64,000 bases of DNA from a virus (Duplodnaviria; Heunggongvirae; Uroviricota; Caudoviricetes), in IMG/VR virus record IMGVR_UViG_2617271072_000004, positions 1-64,000 of that record. One strand, given 5' to 3'. Made by a program: the position numbers and the translations under genes. The first letter of the stretch is position 1. Each line of letters opens with the position of its first letter. The notes below the pieces were generated by a model. It saw nothing but the letters and a program-made list of their open reading frames with translations. It was not told the origin of the DNA and did no database searches. Below are positions 44,167 to 54,438 of this stretch, piece after piece.

Positions 44167-44512
44167 CTTACAGCGTACCCTTTCTTCCGCCTGTTCTGTG
44201 ACGCAGTAGGCTTACGCTTTGCGGCAAAAGCCACCTGACCAAATGGATGGAGTACCGCTATCTTATGGTTGCTAATAACCAGCTCCACCACACGCACAGG
44301 TCGCTGTAAAAAAAAGTCGTTTTGCCTTACGGTTTTTCATCGCTTTGCTCTCCTGCGTCTCTTTGCTGCTCGTCGTGCCGCTGCAATACCGGTATGGCGG
44401 CGCTTTGGTGCCGGGATGATGTTGTCAGCCATCAGGACATGTGGCTTTGCAATTAGCGCAGAAGCCCAAAAACGAGTCGGGTACGGTAACAAGCCGATAC
44501 ATGCCACACGCA

Positions 44513-45211
44513 CTACTCACCTCCGTTGATGCGAATGCCAGCGGCACGGGAATCATTCCATCGCTTTACTTCTTCACGAATTACGTCAATGCATTCTTTC
44601 GAATCCATTAGGTAATCTTCATCAAAAAGCCTTTCCTGTTCGTTTTCTATCGCAACAATGATTGCTTCAACTAACTTTTGTGCCTGAGAACCACTTTCTA
44701 ACTCTGCAATGCGCTTCTCTGCGGCTTCCAGCTTCTCGCGCATATCGTCAACGTACTCGACCAGAGATCCGCCAGCAGGAATTTCGCACTCCTCGACCAG
44801 TTGGAAGTAGATATCAGCTGCGGCCCGTGTGTTGCTATGCCTAGCGTCGCCCATCTCACCTTCACGAAGAGCATCGCGTTCGGCGGTAAGATTGGCTATT
44901 TTGCTGTCTTTGCCTTCCAGCTCAACGCGAAGCCTCCCTACCGTTAGCGCAATTTCCTCGTTCTCCTGGTCACGGCGTTTGATGTATTGCTGGTTTCTTT
45001 CCCGTTCATCCAGCAGCGCCAAGACGGTAGCCGGATTGGCTGCGGCGATGAATTCAGCATCACGAGATTCGTTTTCACTGAACACCATAGCTATTTGCTC
45101 ATGCTTTATGCCGTCAGTGGAGTAAATCTCATCGTCGAATTCAACAGCCCACTTACCTTTCGTAGCCTTCTCCGCCGCCTCGCGCAGTTCTTGATAGTTA
45201 ATTTTGCTCAC
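44513..45211 (-). CDS. Ead/Ea22-like protein
   Basis: GTG start after AGGAGG; SKINYQELREAAEKATKGKW and FIAAANPATVLALLDE typical of Ead/Ea22. Confidence 0.6.
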   Translation of the reverse strand: MSKINYQELREAAEKATKGKWAVEFDDEIYSTDGIKHEQIAMVFSENESRDAEFIAAANPATVLALLDERERNQQYIKRRDQENEEIALTVGRLRVELEGKDSKIANLTAERDALREGEMGDARHSNTRAAADIYFQLVEECEIPAGGSLVEYVDDMREKLEAAEKRIAELESGSQAQKLVEAIIVAIENEQERLFDEDYLMDSKECIDVIREEVKRWNDSRAAGIRINGGE

Positions 45212-45275
45212 TGGTTGCCTCCTTTGCGAAGCTGGGCAGCAAAGTCAACTAACCACTCAGTCATTTCAACCTTCC

Positions 45276-45920
45276 CTACCAGGTCTGAACCAGGGTGCAT
45301 ACAGCAATCACTCTGCGCCGCTTTGAAATCCTTATACTCATATTCTTGGGCCACCAGATTTTTGCAGCTTCTATAGCAGCATCCACCCCCTGCGCCCGAA
45401 CTTCAGCCAGGAAAGCGTCGGTGGCTGGAATTTGCGGCATCCCTCCGTCTGTTGCGCAGATATACGCATCAGATATTTCATCCTGCTGGCCATCAAACAC
45501 GTAGCAACAGCCCCTGATAAACAGCTTCATTGAGGCATTCTCCACTGCCAGCGCCGTGCGATTACCATCCAGCTCTGCAATGCGCTGTTTTGCGGCATCC
45601 AGTTCAATCGACAATTTTTCCAACTGCTCTTGATGCTTCTTGTATTCCTGATATGCGTGCCAAGACTGACCTTTGCGCACACTATCAGTGATATCAGTAA
45701 TCTGTTCTGGTGTTAGCGTGGTCAGTGGCTGTGATGGGAAAATAAGCACTTTCCCGGAATCCCAATCAAAACCAGCGTGAATTGACTGAACCTCAACTGA
45801 AGGTGTTGAACCAATGCTGCCAGGCGAATGAACAACGATTGTTACATCCATATCGCGACGATGGCTGTGGTTGTTGGACAAAATACGATTCACCAACTCA
45901 GAAAATTTGGAAAATTTCAT
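45276..45920 (-). CDS. hypothetical protein sharing a C-terminal module with 46204-46905
   Basis: PATDAFLAEVRAQGV vs PATDAFLAEIRAEARNEGI. Confidence 0.5.
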   Translation of the reverse strand: MKFSKFSELVNRILSNNHSHRRDMDVTIVVHSPGSIGSTPSVEVQSIHAGFDWDSGKVLIFPSQPLTTLTPEQITDITDSVRKGQSWHAYQEYKKHQEQLEKLSIELDAAKQRIAELDGNRTALAVENASMKLFIRGCCYVFDGQQDEISDAYICATDGGMPQIPATDAFLAEVRAQGVDAAIEAAKIWWPKNMSIRISKRRRVIAVCTLVQTW

Positions 45921-46240
45921 GCTGATTCCCCTTTCTCTGCTCTCTCCTGTCGGAACATCACTATCATCAGGTCGCCTTTTGTCGCTATCCTGGCTGTTGT
46001 ACCTGGTTCAATGCGGCTAAGCTCAAATGCGTCATAGAACGCTTCTAATGCCTTCTGGCGTAGTTCCTGTTTGCGCCGTTTTTTCCACTGTTTTAGGAAA
46101 ATGGAACCCAGCCATCGCCATGTACGGGACATGATGTAAAGCCAACCGAGAAGTGCCAGACCGGTATTTAGGAGCGTATCGATCGTTATTGTCGTGTCGA
46201 TATTCACTGGCTGCTTCCTTTGCGAATCTGTTCCGCCCAT
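45917..46240 (-). CDS. hypothetical membrane protein
   Basis: 107-aa ORF with hydrophobic stretch. Confidence 0.4.
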   Translation of the reverse strand: MGGTDSQRKQPVNIDTTITIDTLLNTGLALLGWLYIMSRTWRWLGSIFLKQWKKRRKQELRQKALEAFYDAFELSRIEPGTTARIATKGDLMIVMFRQERAEKGESA

Positions 46241-46905
46241 TCTTCAAGGGATTTCTCCGCATATTCACCAGACAGGCCATCAATCGGATGCGCTTCATTA
46301 GCCAACTCTTCTTTCGCTGACAAAATCATGCGTGTAACGTCGAAAACTTCACGCAAAGACTTATTGATAAATCCGTGATTGAACGCAGCAGCAAGACGGC
46401 TGGCGGTATAGTTAATCCCCTCGTTGCGTGCTTCCGCACGAATTTCAGCCAGAAAAGCATCGGTAGCTGGAGTTTCGCTGTGGTGTAGGGCATCGTTGAT
46501 AATCATTGCAGCAACACCAGCCTGCCCTGCATCCGTGACCGACACATGCTCAAGAGTTACGGCCATTGCGTGTTTCAGCCCGGCGTTCTCTGCCACCAGC
46601 GCCGCGAGCTTAGTCTCAAGCGGTGCTATTCGGCACATAGCATCAATATTTGTGTCCTCCAGGCGCTTAATTTCACCAAGTAGCGCCAGTGCAACCTTTG
46701 GGTTGAATGCGGCAACATAACGAGCGTTGTTCTCTGCGTTTTTCAGCCCATCAAAGCCGGTCCATTTGATAACATCTTCACATCGTTTATCACCGGGCGT
46801 ATGCACCGCATACGTACCAGTACCCGGCGAAATAAATGCGACCCATTCGCCCTGTGTTGCCTGTTTTGCTATCTCACGCAGTGCCCGGTAATTAATTTTG
46901 CTCAC
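46204..46905 (-). CDS. Ead/Ea22-like protein
   Basis: GTG start after GGAGG giving SKINYRALREIAKQATQGEW; ORF track extends to 46941. Confidence 0.55.
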   Translation of the reverse strand: MSKINYRALREIAKQATQGEWVAFISPGTGTYAVHTPGDKRCEDVIKWTGFDGLKNAENNARYVAAFNPKVALALLGEIKRLEDTNIDAMCRIAPLETKLAALVAENAGLKHAMAVTLEHVSVTDAGQAGVAAMIINDALHHSETPATDAFLAEIRAEARNEGINYTASRLAAAFNHGFINKSLREVFDVTRMILSAKEELANEAHPIDGLSGEYAEKSLEEWAEQIRKGSSQ

Positions 46906-47134
46906 TGGCTGCCTCCTTTGCGGAGTTGCGCTTCGATGCACGAAAAAAAAGACTCCCGAGTATGACTGTTAAGAGCTGGTGCGAACGCCGCGTTAAGAAC
47001 GGCAGCATCACAGCCGTCATCAATATAGAGCGCAATTTTTTTTCTCCAGGCGCGCTTTGGCTTCCTGCAACTGCATACCCCGGCACGCACGCGGGATATA
47101 ATCAGCAATTTGAGCGATAGCTTTTTCGTTCTGT

Positions 47135-47338
47135 TTAAACATGCTTCACCTCGATAGGCTTGATGGTGTCTAACAGCAGTCGACGGCGCGTATTTTCTGC
47201 AAAGTGGCGGCGTCCGGTATCTTTGTGGTAAAACTCATTTTTGCCGACGACCCACATCCGCTCTGTTTGGTGCAGTTTTTTTACCTTCGGGCCATCTTTG
47301 GTGATCACGGTACCGGTATGGGTTTTTACGATTGTCAT
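47135..47338 (-). CDS. hypothetical small protein
   Basis: 67-aa ORF. Confidence 0.35.
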   Translation of the reverse strand: MTIVKTHTGTVITKDGPKVKKLHQTERMWVVGKNEFYHKDTGRRHFAENTRRRLLLDTIKPIEVKHV

Positions 47339-48213
47339 TCCACTACCTCTTCGAATTTCAACTCCAATTGGTCACCCCAGATTTCACATGATTCGGAACA
47401 CGAACCAGTATCAAACCGCTTGGCCAGCACCATCGCCTGATACAAATTTCTGTAGTCACTGTCGGCATACATTCTGGCAATCCCGTCAAGCGTCAGGTGG
47501 CCACGGTACATAACGTCTTTACCTGTTCTGCGATGACCATCCCTGACGTGTTTGCCTGTAACCAGTTCATTAAAAACCCGCATCAGACCTGGTTCGTCTT
47601 TACATGCAAGCCCCAGCTTTTGCGTTGACTTTTTGATGCAAAAAACACAGTTCCCGAGGTGCTCCGGGATTTGCAAATCAAAAGGTTGTTTTCGCCACCA
47701 CCGGATAACATCCGACTTATCAAAATCTGACAGTTCGGCAAGATACCGGACGCCCGGTTTCGGTTTCAGCCTACGGGGTTCGTCCGCACGAATACCCAGC
47801 CATGTGATGTAATTCCCTCGCCCAAAATGGTCATCGCAATATTTCGTGAAAGGGGTGAGTTTTAGCCTTTCAGTACAGAACGCGCCGCCGATGTATGGCG
47901 TACCGTACTTTTTAACCATGTCCATAAACGGTTTAAGCACCGGCATTCGCGTCTGAATATCCTTTGGTTCCCATTCCGTATAACCATTTGGCTTCCCAAT
48001 TTCTGGATTTATATCGACCTGCAACACCGTTAGCGGTACGTTCCAGAACTTCACAACCTCACGAATAAAGCGATACGTCAGAGGATGTTCACAGCCGGTA
48101 TCCATAAAAATGAAATGGACGCTAGCGCCAGCTTTTCGCTGTGCTTCCATCAGATGAACGAGATAAGCCGATGTTCGTCCACCTGAAAAGCTGACGACTT
48201 GATGCATACTCAC
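47335..48213 (-). CDS. PAPS reductase-like PP-loop protein
   Basis: N-terminal VVSFSGGRTSAYL PP-loop motif; Cys cluster near C-terminus. Confidence 0.7.
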   Translation of the reverse strand: MSMHQVVSFSGGRTSAYLVHLMEAQRKAGASVHFIFMDTGCEHPLTYRFIREVVKFWNVPLTVLQVDINPEIGKPNGYTEWEPKDIQTRMPVLKPFMDMVKKYGTPYIGGAFCTERLKLTPFTKYCDDHFGRGNYITWLGIRADEPRRLKPKPGVRYLAELSDFDKSDVIRWWRKQPFDLQIPEHLGNCVFCIKKSTQKLGLACKDEPGLMRVFNELVTGKHVRDGHRRTGKDVMYRGHLTLDGIARMYADSDYRNLYQAMVLAKRFDTGSCSESCEIWGDQLELKFEEVVE

Positions 48214-48216
48214 GGT

Positions 48217-48795
48217 TTATTCCTGAATGCGCTTAAACTCGATTACCCATACCAACGGGTTAGATAGCCAGTTATCCTGCCCGTAAATACTGCGCCAGAT
48301 ATCACCAAAACCAACGCGATAAACAGCTTCAGATGGCGTAATCTTGTACGTCGCCGGAGTTGCGCCTTCTGCTTTAGCATCTGCCTCGCTCATGTCATGC
48401 AGCCGTTCCACACGCACGTCGGTAATTTCCAGAAGAATGCGCGATGCCCAGCGCGGCATGTGAATTGATGGCGTCCACTTTTCTGATACTGGTTTATTAC
48501 AAACCTCGACCGGAACCCGGTGCGTTTGTTCTGTCCAGGAGTTACGCACGCTTGCGCGATAAACCAGCGTTGCGACGTCCGTCGCTTTGCCATGTACCCG
48601 GTAGGTTTCGCGAACCCAAATACGATCGCCCGGTTGACCATATGGACAATGCTTGGCAAGCAACTCTGCGGCCACTGCCCGTCCATAGAATTTTTCTTCA
48701 ACAATCCTGCGAGTCTGTGTTTTATTCCCGCCAAGAATTGCCCGGACCATCTCATCGTTAAAAATCATGCCGCGCTCTTTCACTTCGCCTTTCAT
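48217..48795 (-). CDS. ASCH/PUA-like domain protein
   Basis: MIFNDEMVRAILGGNKTQTRR...GQPGDRIWVRETY pattern. Confidence 0.45.
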   Translation of the reverse strand: MKGEVKERGMIFNDEMVRAILGGNKTQTRRIVEEKFYGRAVAAELLAKHCPYGQPGDRIWVRETYRVHGKATDVATLVYRASVRNSWTEQTHRVPVEVCNKPVSEKWTPSIHMPRWASRILLEITDVRVERLHDMSEADAKAEGATPATYKITPSEAVYRVGFGDIWRSIYGQDNWLSNPLVWVIEFKRIQE

Positions 48796-48973
48796 ACATC
48801 CCCCTTACCCATGTGCGACGATGCCGCCAAAAGTGATAGAGAACAGCCAGAAATAGATCGCGGCCATAATGATTTTGAATGCCGTGTTCATATTTTCAGC
48901 TCCTGTGATTGATTGGATACATGCCGCGCCTTGCGGCATGTTTTAATTTTCACTTTCTCTGTTTTAAAAATCA

Positions 48974-48990
48974 AGATTTATTAGAGCAAT
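48974..48990 (-). promoter_or_regulatory. C1 operator-like 17-mer
   Basis: Reverse complement ATTGCTCTAATAAATCT, 16 of 17. Confidence 0.6.
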
Positions 48991-49496
48991 TATTGTTGAT
49001 GAAGAAGTGCATTTTCATATTCCCTGACCATTAACGTAAGTACGCCGTGACTCCTGAAAACACGCGCCACTTCAATCTTATCTTCCAGCGCGAACGCAAT
49101 TTTACTTAGACCAATTTTCTTCAGGAGATCAATCTTTGCAGGGCCGTCATTTCTGTCATCGGTGGCAGGACGCATAGATAGCAAAGGCTCAGCCCCATTT
49201 GTTACGTGCTTACGCAGCCAGGCTCGTGTTTTATCCCTTGCGATCTCACAGCGCCCGGTTACAAACCAGACCGTGTAAACGTTAAATAACTGGCGCACCA
49301 TATCAATAACCGGAGTGATGGGAGTATCGGTGTCACAGGCGAGATTAAACTCGTTCCAGTCCTTTGTTAATGCACCTTTACCTGGTGGCGGAAGCAAATG
49401 CAGTCTGTCTTCAGTTGCCTCTGATATTGTTCCATCAATATCGACTATGACGATATACGGACGTTCCTGGTGTGCGTGTTTATTGAAAATACTCAA
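48990..49496 (-). CDS. HAD-superfamily phosphatase
   Basis: IVIVDIDGTI (DxDGT motif I); 168 aa. Confidence 0.6.
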   Translation of the reverse strand: MSIFNKHAHQERPYIVIVDIDGTISEATEDRLHLLPPPGKGALTKDWNEFNLACDTDTPITPVIDMVRQLFNVYTVWFVTGRCEIARDKTRAWLRKHVTNGAEPLLSMRPATDDRNDGPAKIDLLKKIGLSKIAFALEDKIEVARVFRSHGVLTLMVREYENALLHQQ

Positions 49497-49569
49497 ATGC
49501 CCTCCTCATTGGACGAAAAAAAATGCTGGTGGGCGCACTCCACCAGCATTAAAAGTGACGCTGTAACTA

Positions 49570-50832
49570 TCAGCGGACGTAAATAGTGCCGCCGTTCTCT
49601 TTTTCCCATGCATCGCTACGTGCATAGCAAACATCGAGAAGTCTTCTTGCCGCTGTTTCCTCTAAACCCAATTCGACAACCAACTGCTCATGACGGCGGG
49701 TAACCACATCAAACAGGGTATGCAACCCTTTAGTTGCCAGATCATCAATGAATTCCGGTTCGAACGGCAGCTCTGCATCTGCCAACATAACCTCTTGCGC
49801 CCACTCAACTCGACGGACCAATTCCGGGCGGCGGCTTTCCATCTCTTTACAGATCAATTCATGGAAGAACTCTACCCAACCTTCCGGCTGGAACTCGCGG
49901 AAAATTGCCAACGGCTGGAAGTTTGGCATCAACCATTCGTTGATTCGGATATCAATGGCATAGCCCATGTCGCAGCAGAACTGATAAGCAAAGTCCAGCT
50001 TAGAAACGATATAAGGACGCTCGTTATTGAACTCTTTAGGCGATGAGATCCCATAAGCCAGGAGGCGCGGGAAGAAGGAGATTTGCCCTAACGTCGGATG
50101 AAGTTTGCTTGCAGGGAAACGGCGCTCAGTAATGCCATACATTTCCTTCTTGAGCGTCGCAAATTTGGCATTCTCATTAACCAGCGCGGTAACCTCTGCT
50201 TTTTTATTAGCAAATGCCACGCGCGCTTCGCTTGCATCTTTAATAGTTTTTTTGAGCTGTTGGTTAAGGTCGGCGACCTGCTTACGCAGTTCCTGTCGCT
50301 CGCTTTTAGCTTTGTTATAGCGTTTCTCAAGGTTAAAAGGATCAAGTTTCATGATCTCTTTATATTGAGATTTTAGCGTTGAAATCTGTGAGTTCCGCAG
50401 TTCAACCATCGCGGTCATTTCATTGAGTTTTGTTTCCAGCTCAATGCTTATACGTTCGGCATTATCAGCACGCTGGTTGGCGTCATGCGTCGCATCGTCG
50501 ATCGCGTCCTGTTGCTGGCGTTTCAAATGTTCAATTTGTAGCTGAAGCTCTTCAATTTCTTTACCCTTCAGACCGAGATCCAACTGCATATTTTCAGCTG
50601 CATCTACCAGGGAGTTATGGCTATCAGCTTCTGCGTTATAAACATCAATAAGCTGTGCGTGAAGCATCTCCGCTGACTGAACCGCATTATCAAAAAAACG
50701 CGCTGTGAGGTCATCACAACTAACGCGGCGTTGCGCGGCCCGGATGTTCTGGATAATGGCCGGGATACCGGCATTCAGGACGTCAGGGATAGATACATTT
50801 TCGATTGATTGGTTTTGTGCTGAAGTGATCAT
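49570..50832 (-). CDS. hypothetical coiled-coil protein
   Basis: 420 aa, heptad-rich middle region. Confidence 0.5.
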   Translation of the reverse strand: MITSAQNQSIENVSIPDVLNAGIPAIIQNIRAAQRRVSCDDLTARFFDNAVQSAEMLHAQLIDVYNAEADSHNSLVDAAENMQLDLGLKGKEIEELQLQIEHLKRQQQDAIDDATHDANQRADNAERISIELETKLNEMTAMVELRNSQISTLKSQYKEIMKLDPFNLEKRYNKAKSERQELRKQVADLNQQLKKTIKDASEARVAFANKKAEVTALVNENAKFATLKKEMYGITERRFPASKLHPTLGQISFFPRLLAYGISSPKEFNNERPYIVSKLDFAYQFCCDMGYAIDIRINEWLMPNFQPLAIFREFQPEGWVEFFHELICKEMESRRPELVRRVEWAQEVMLADAELPFEPEFIDDLATKGLHTLFDVVTRRHEQLVVELGLEETAARRLLDVCYARSDAWEKENGGTIYVR

Positions 50833-50833
50833 T

Positions 50834-51103
50834 TCAAAGTTCCGTATTAGCTTGTGCTTCGGTCATTTTTCCTAAGTATGAAGGAGGAAGGACTACGCAA
50901 TTTGTATCCAGTCCCTCACCTATGGCAGCCTGTAAAATTCTGGCTAAGGTGAGTCTCTTGTTGCGATACCTGGTGATGACATGCCTGATACCGCCGGTCG
51001 GCGTAACAAAGGCGATCAGCCAGTAGTGATATTTCCGTCGGAATGGCCACATAGTGCACCTTGTAGATTGCTCTAATAAAAAAACGTGATGAGTGTACAT
51101 CAC
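50834..51103 (-). CDS. hypothetical small protein
   Basis: 89-aa ORF downstream of operator pair. Confidence 0.4.
   Translation of the reverse strand: MMYTHHVFLLEQSTRCTMWPFRRKYHYWLIAFVTPTGGIRHVITRYRNKRLTLARILQAAIGEGLDTNCVVLPPSYLGKMTEAQANTEL
51066..51082 (+). promoter_or_regulatory. C1 operator-like 17-mer
   Basis: ATTGCTCTAATAAAAAA. Confidence 0.55.
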
Positions 51104-51116
51104 GTTTTAAAAATAT

Positions 51117-51133
51117 GGAATTATTAGAGCAAT
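51117..51133 (-). promoter_or_regulatory. C1 operator-like 17-mer, inverted partner of 51066-51082
   Basis: Contains reverse complement of ATTGCTCTAATAA; coordinates +/-1 because the printed line is one base short. Confidence 0.5.
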
Positions 51134-51134
51134 A

Positions 51135-51836
51135 TTATTCTAATTCTCGCTCAAAAAATGAGCTGATAAGGGGAAGCCAATCCTCTGACACTTCGCGAGG
51201 TCGCGGTTTGCCGTGGAAAAAGATTATTCGGCAGTCTTTTGGTAATGCCCCATTCCCCCTGGAGTAACGCGCGCTCGCATATTTTGAACCAGGTTCCACA
51301 ACATCGGCCTTGTAACTTACAAACCATCCTGGATACAGATCCTGAAATGCTGGTGTATCATCGCCCATAACCTTTCGTAAGAACCCCTGGTCACCCCAGC
51401 ACTCAGTAGTGACACAACGAGAAATCCAACCTTCCGGATCTTGCCAGAATGAACTCCAGATATGCGCTTTAACACTATTTGGTATCCACAGGGCACCGCT
51501 GCCACGATATTGTGGATGGTAAAAATCCCTAAGCATGGTGAAGCTGGTTGGTGGATGCTCTAGGATTGGGCGTATATCACCGGCAATAACCGTGTCCAAA
51601 TCCAGATAGAACAGATCATCGGTTATATCCGGTCGGAACAACTCGATTTTCGCCCACCAGCCACGGCACTTTTGCCACTGGTTGATCAATGGGATAACTT
51701 TGACGCCAGGTACATGTAAACACTTCAGGTCTGTCAGGCAAATAATTTCATAGTCTTTTGGCAGTTGATTAACCAGCCACTGCACATCGGAAGCGTTATA
51801 GTCACCACCAGAGCGAAGAACTAAAGCAATCTTCAT
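51135..51836 (-). CDS. hypothetical protein
   Basis: 233-aa ORF overlapping ppp stop. Confidence 0.5.
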   Translation of the reverse strand: MKIALVLRSGGDYNASDVQWLVNQLPKDYEIICLTDLKCLHVPGVKVIPLINQWQKCRGWWAKIELFRPDITDDLFYLDLDTVIAGDIRPILEHPPTSFTMLRDFYHPQYRGSGALWIPNSVKAHIWSSFWQDPEGWISRCVTTECWGDQGFLRKVMGDDTPAFQDLYPGWFVSYKADVVEPGSKYASARYSRGNGALPKDCRIIFFHGKPRPREVSEDWLPLISSFFERELE

Positions 51837-52525
51837 GCTGCACCATCACCTTTCACTTTCATCAATGTCAGGTTTCCGCAAAATACGGCACCAGTGTCGA
51901 TATACTGCTGATTCCAGAATGTCTTCGGGCTTTTCACCGGAGTGTGACCAAAGATAAAACGATCTGCGCCCGAAATTTCGCCACCAATATCATCCATCGA
52001 ATCACTGATACGCTCGCGCGCCCAGACAACGTTGAAAAGCGGTACCTCCTTACCGAATTGGTATTCATTATCCGGATAGTCGGCATGGGCTATAACGATA
52101 GTTTCTTGCCCGGTGTTCAACTCAATGATATAGGGCAGACGCTTTACCAGCTCCACCAGCGCCCAGGCTAATATTTCCTGATCAGTGTCCAGCATGAAGA
52201 ACCATTGTCCGCCATTCATTAGCCAGTTATTCACGTTGCCATCTGGACTTAACGCATCAATCATCAGCCGCTCATGGTTCCCCATCACTGCCCTGAACCA
52301 GGGCATCTGCAATAGTTCCAGACATTCGACATTTTCAGTACCGCGATCGATAAGGTCGCCGACCGATATCAGTAAATCCTGCGCCGGGTCAAAATCCACA
52401 CGATGGAGTTCGGACATCAGTCTGGTGTAGCAACCATGCAGATCACCAACAACCCAGACATTCCTGTATTTGGTACCGTCGATACGGTGATAAATTGTGG
52501 GTGCCATCATGTATTCTTCAGCCAT
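51833..52525 (-). CDS. ppp: lambda-type Ser/Thr protein phosphatase (metallophosphoesterase)
   Basis: GDLHGC, GDLIDRG, GNHE motifs. Confidence 0.9.
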   Translation of the reverse strand: MAEEYMMAPTIYHRIDGTKYRNVWVVGDLHGCYTRLMSELHRVDFDPAQDLLISVGDLIDRGTENVECLELLQMPWFRAVMGNHERLMIDALSPDGNVNNWLMNGGQWFFMLDTDQEILAWALVELVKRLPYIIELNTGQETIVIAHADYPDNEYQFGKEVPLFNVVWARERISDSMDDIGGEISGADRFIFGHTPVKSPKTFWNQQYIDTGAVFCGNLTLMKVKGDGAA

Positions 52526-52619
52526 TCTTTAAGAGTCATCTGCGGAATACCTCCCATTTTCCCGCATGAAACAACGTCAATCCGTTCACGCGCAGACTGG
52601 AATAACAAAGGCAGGTGAC

Positions 52620-53132
52620 TTAGATTTTTGGCGTGCCGCCGGAGTGAACGCGTGGTTCTTGTGTAGCGTCAACGCCCACCAGGGCGACATGTTTGAATCC
52701 GATATGGAAAGCCAGGTTCAGAGCACCATATGCACTATTGCCGCTGGCAATTTCATTCTCATCTTCGCAAAGTCCGAAATGTGCGGACCAGCGCCACGCC
52801 CACCACTCGGGAGAATTCGTATTTTTTGGCTCCATGCCACGTTCAGCCACACGACGGAAGCACAGAACGCCGTCTCTGACTTCACGTTCTTTAACATCGG
52901 GTAGTGCCATGCAATAACAAACACCACGGCGACGGCGGCCACGACCAACGCGCCGCATATTGTCTGGCGATGGATCAAGTGTGAAAAAATAAGAAGCGCG
53001 GTTCAGCCAGTCGATGGCCCCATTGACCGCTATAATCGGCACTCCGCGCGGCGCAACAAAGTTTGCGGCGCTTGGGCCACTGCCGACGATAATAACGCGA
53101 TCACTGCCTCTAAATTTATTCTTGGGAAACAT
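52620..53132 (-). CDS. hypothetical Rossmann-like protein
   Basis: VIIVGSGPSA N-terminus; 170 aa. Confidence 0.45.
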   Translation of the reverse strand: MFPKNKFRGSDRVIIVGSGPSAANFVAPRGVPIIAVNGAIDWLNRASYFFTLDPSPDNMRRVGRGRRRRGVCYCMALPDVKEREVRDGVLCFRRVAERGMEPKNTNSPEWWAWRWSAHFGLCEDENEIASGNSAYGALNLAFHIGFKHVALVGVDATQEPRVHSGGTPKI

Positions 53133-53530
53133 TGAATTGCACTGCTCCTACTTGCATTCAAAATATGTAAATCTGCGTGTTTTTTGCGGGTATCCAGGAA
53201 CTGCTGTTGCCATTTTGAAATAGACACCTGCGTTGGATTCCGTAGGGCTTGAGGGTGCGCGCCATGCCAATGAAGGCCGTTTTGCAGAGAACAGTCATAG
53301 CCGACTAATACAACTACTTCAGCCCCTGATTCAGCAGCCAGACTGATAGCCTGCGCGCCGCTATTTACCCCTTCCGCCGGTCCACAATATCGCCTGTACT
53401 CCAACGAAAATGATTTCGCCGCCGCCAGGTTGGCTGTCACTTTGCGGAATTTCCCTCCCGGTATGGTGGATCCGTATTGCTTCCACCATGACAAATCACC
53501 GGCGTATAAGGCATAAATGTCATCGAACAT
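53030..53530 (-). CDS. hypothetical protein overlapping the next ORF by ~100 bp
   Basis: 166-aa ORF; shares an LA-x-G-x-VVLVGYD-like motif with 52620-53132. Confidence 0.4.
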   Translation of the reverse strand: MFDDIYALYAGDLSWWKQYGSTIPGGKFRKVTANLAAAKSFSLEYRRYCGPAEGVNSGAQAISLAAESGAEVVVLVGYDCSLQNGLHWHGAHPQALRNPTQVSISKWQQQFLDTRKKHADLHILNASRSSAIQCFPRINLEAVIALLSSAVAQAPQTLLRRAECRL

Positions 53531-53857
53531 CTGCCAGGAATTGTTAACCGCGATGATTGAACAGCCAGTTTTTTTCTATAGCAGCACAGTCCTCACGAGT
53601 GAGTGACGGACCGCTACCGACACAAAAAACAGTCCTAGTCGCCCTGGGTGGTATGTTCATTCTCAGCTGCAAATTCAGCCTCCAGGCGAGCATTCATTTC
53701 AGCGATTACCGGGTCCACTACAGCATCTGCTTCCTGTTCATTACGCGGCATGATCGATGCCAGCGATTCATAATTAGCCTTGGATGACACGATTATTCTC
53801 CCGATGTTAATGTGCGCTGTATCAAAGATACACATATGCACTAATTAATTTATTATT

Positions 53858-54436
53858 TCACGTAGCGTACAACCACTTGTCACCGTTCAATACATGCTCA
53901 ATAGCCTCACCCTTTTTAAGGCTCATGTATTCCAGGATGGCGGTTATCGCTTGTTCTGCACCATACGCAAGAACGACGTAGTAACCTTCCTCTCTAAGCC
54001 TGCGCATCCAGGCGATCTGCTCTTTCGTCGGGGCTTTACCATTTGGTTCTTTAAGCTCAATTCGCATGCCGTGATAAATACCGCATGCTTTATCGAGACT
54101 CATGTCCGGATAACCTTTTTTCTGCCCTTCAGCCTTCATTTTCCCGGCGGTTGCTTTTGAACGTTTCCCTCCGTTAGGCGTTGCATGCAACAGCTCATAG
54201 ATGTCAGGGTGCTTGCGTTCGAAGTAATCAAAAATGAAAACCTGCTCGAAGTGCTCGCAATTTCCGTCGCGCAGGTCTGGGTTCTTTGCCAGTGCTGCAA
54301 GTGCCTTCGCATGTGGAGAAACTTCTTTTACCGGCGCAAGCGATAAGAATGGATCCTTTTTGGTTTTTGGCCTGGACCGCCCCTTATTTCGACGCTCACT
54401 AAAAGCCTGAAACTCTTCCTCAGTAAAGCGCAACAT
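53858..54436 (-). CDS. VRR-NUC-like nuclease domain protein
   Basis: KGYPDMSL...MRIELKEPNG pattern. Confidence 0.5.
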   Translation of the reverse strand: MLRFTEEEFQAFSERRNKGRSRPKTKKDPFLSLAPVKEVSPHAKALAALAKNPDLRDGNCEHFEQVFIFDYFERKHPDIYELLHATPNGGKRSKATAGKMKAEGQKKGYPDMSLDKACGIYHGMRIELKEPNGKAPTKEQIAWMRRLREEGYYVVLAYGAEQAITAILEYMSLKKGEAIEHVLNGDKWLYAT

Positions 54437-54438
54437 AA

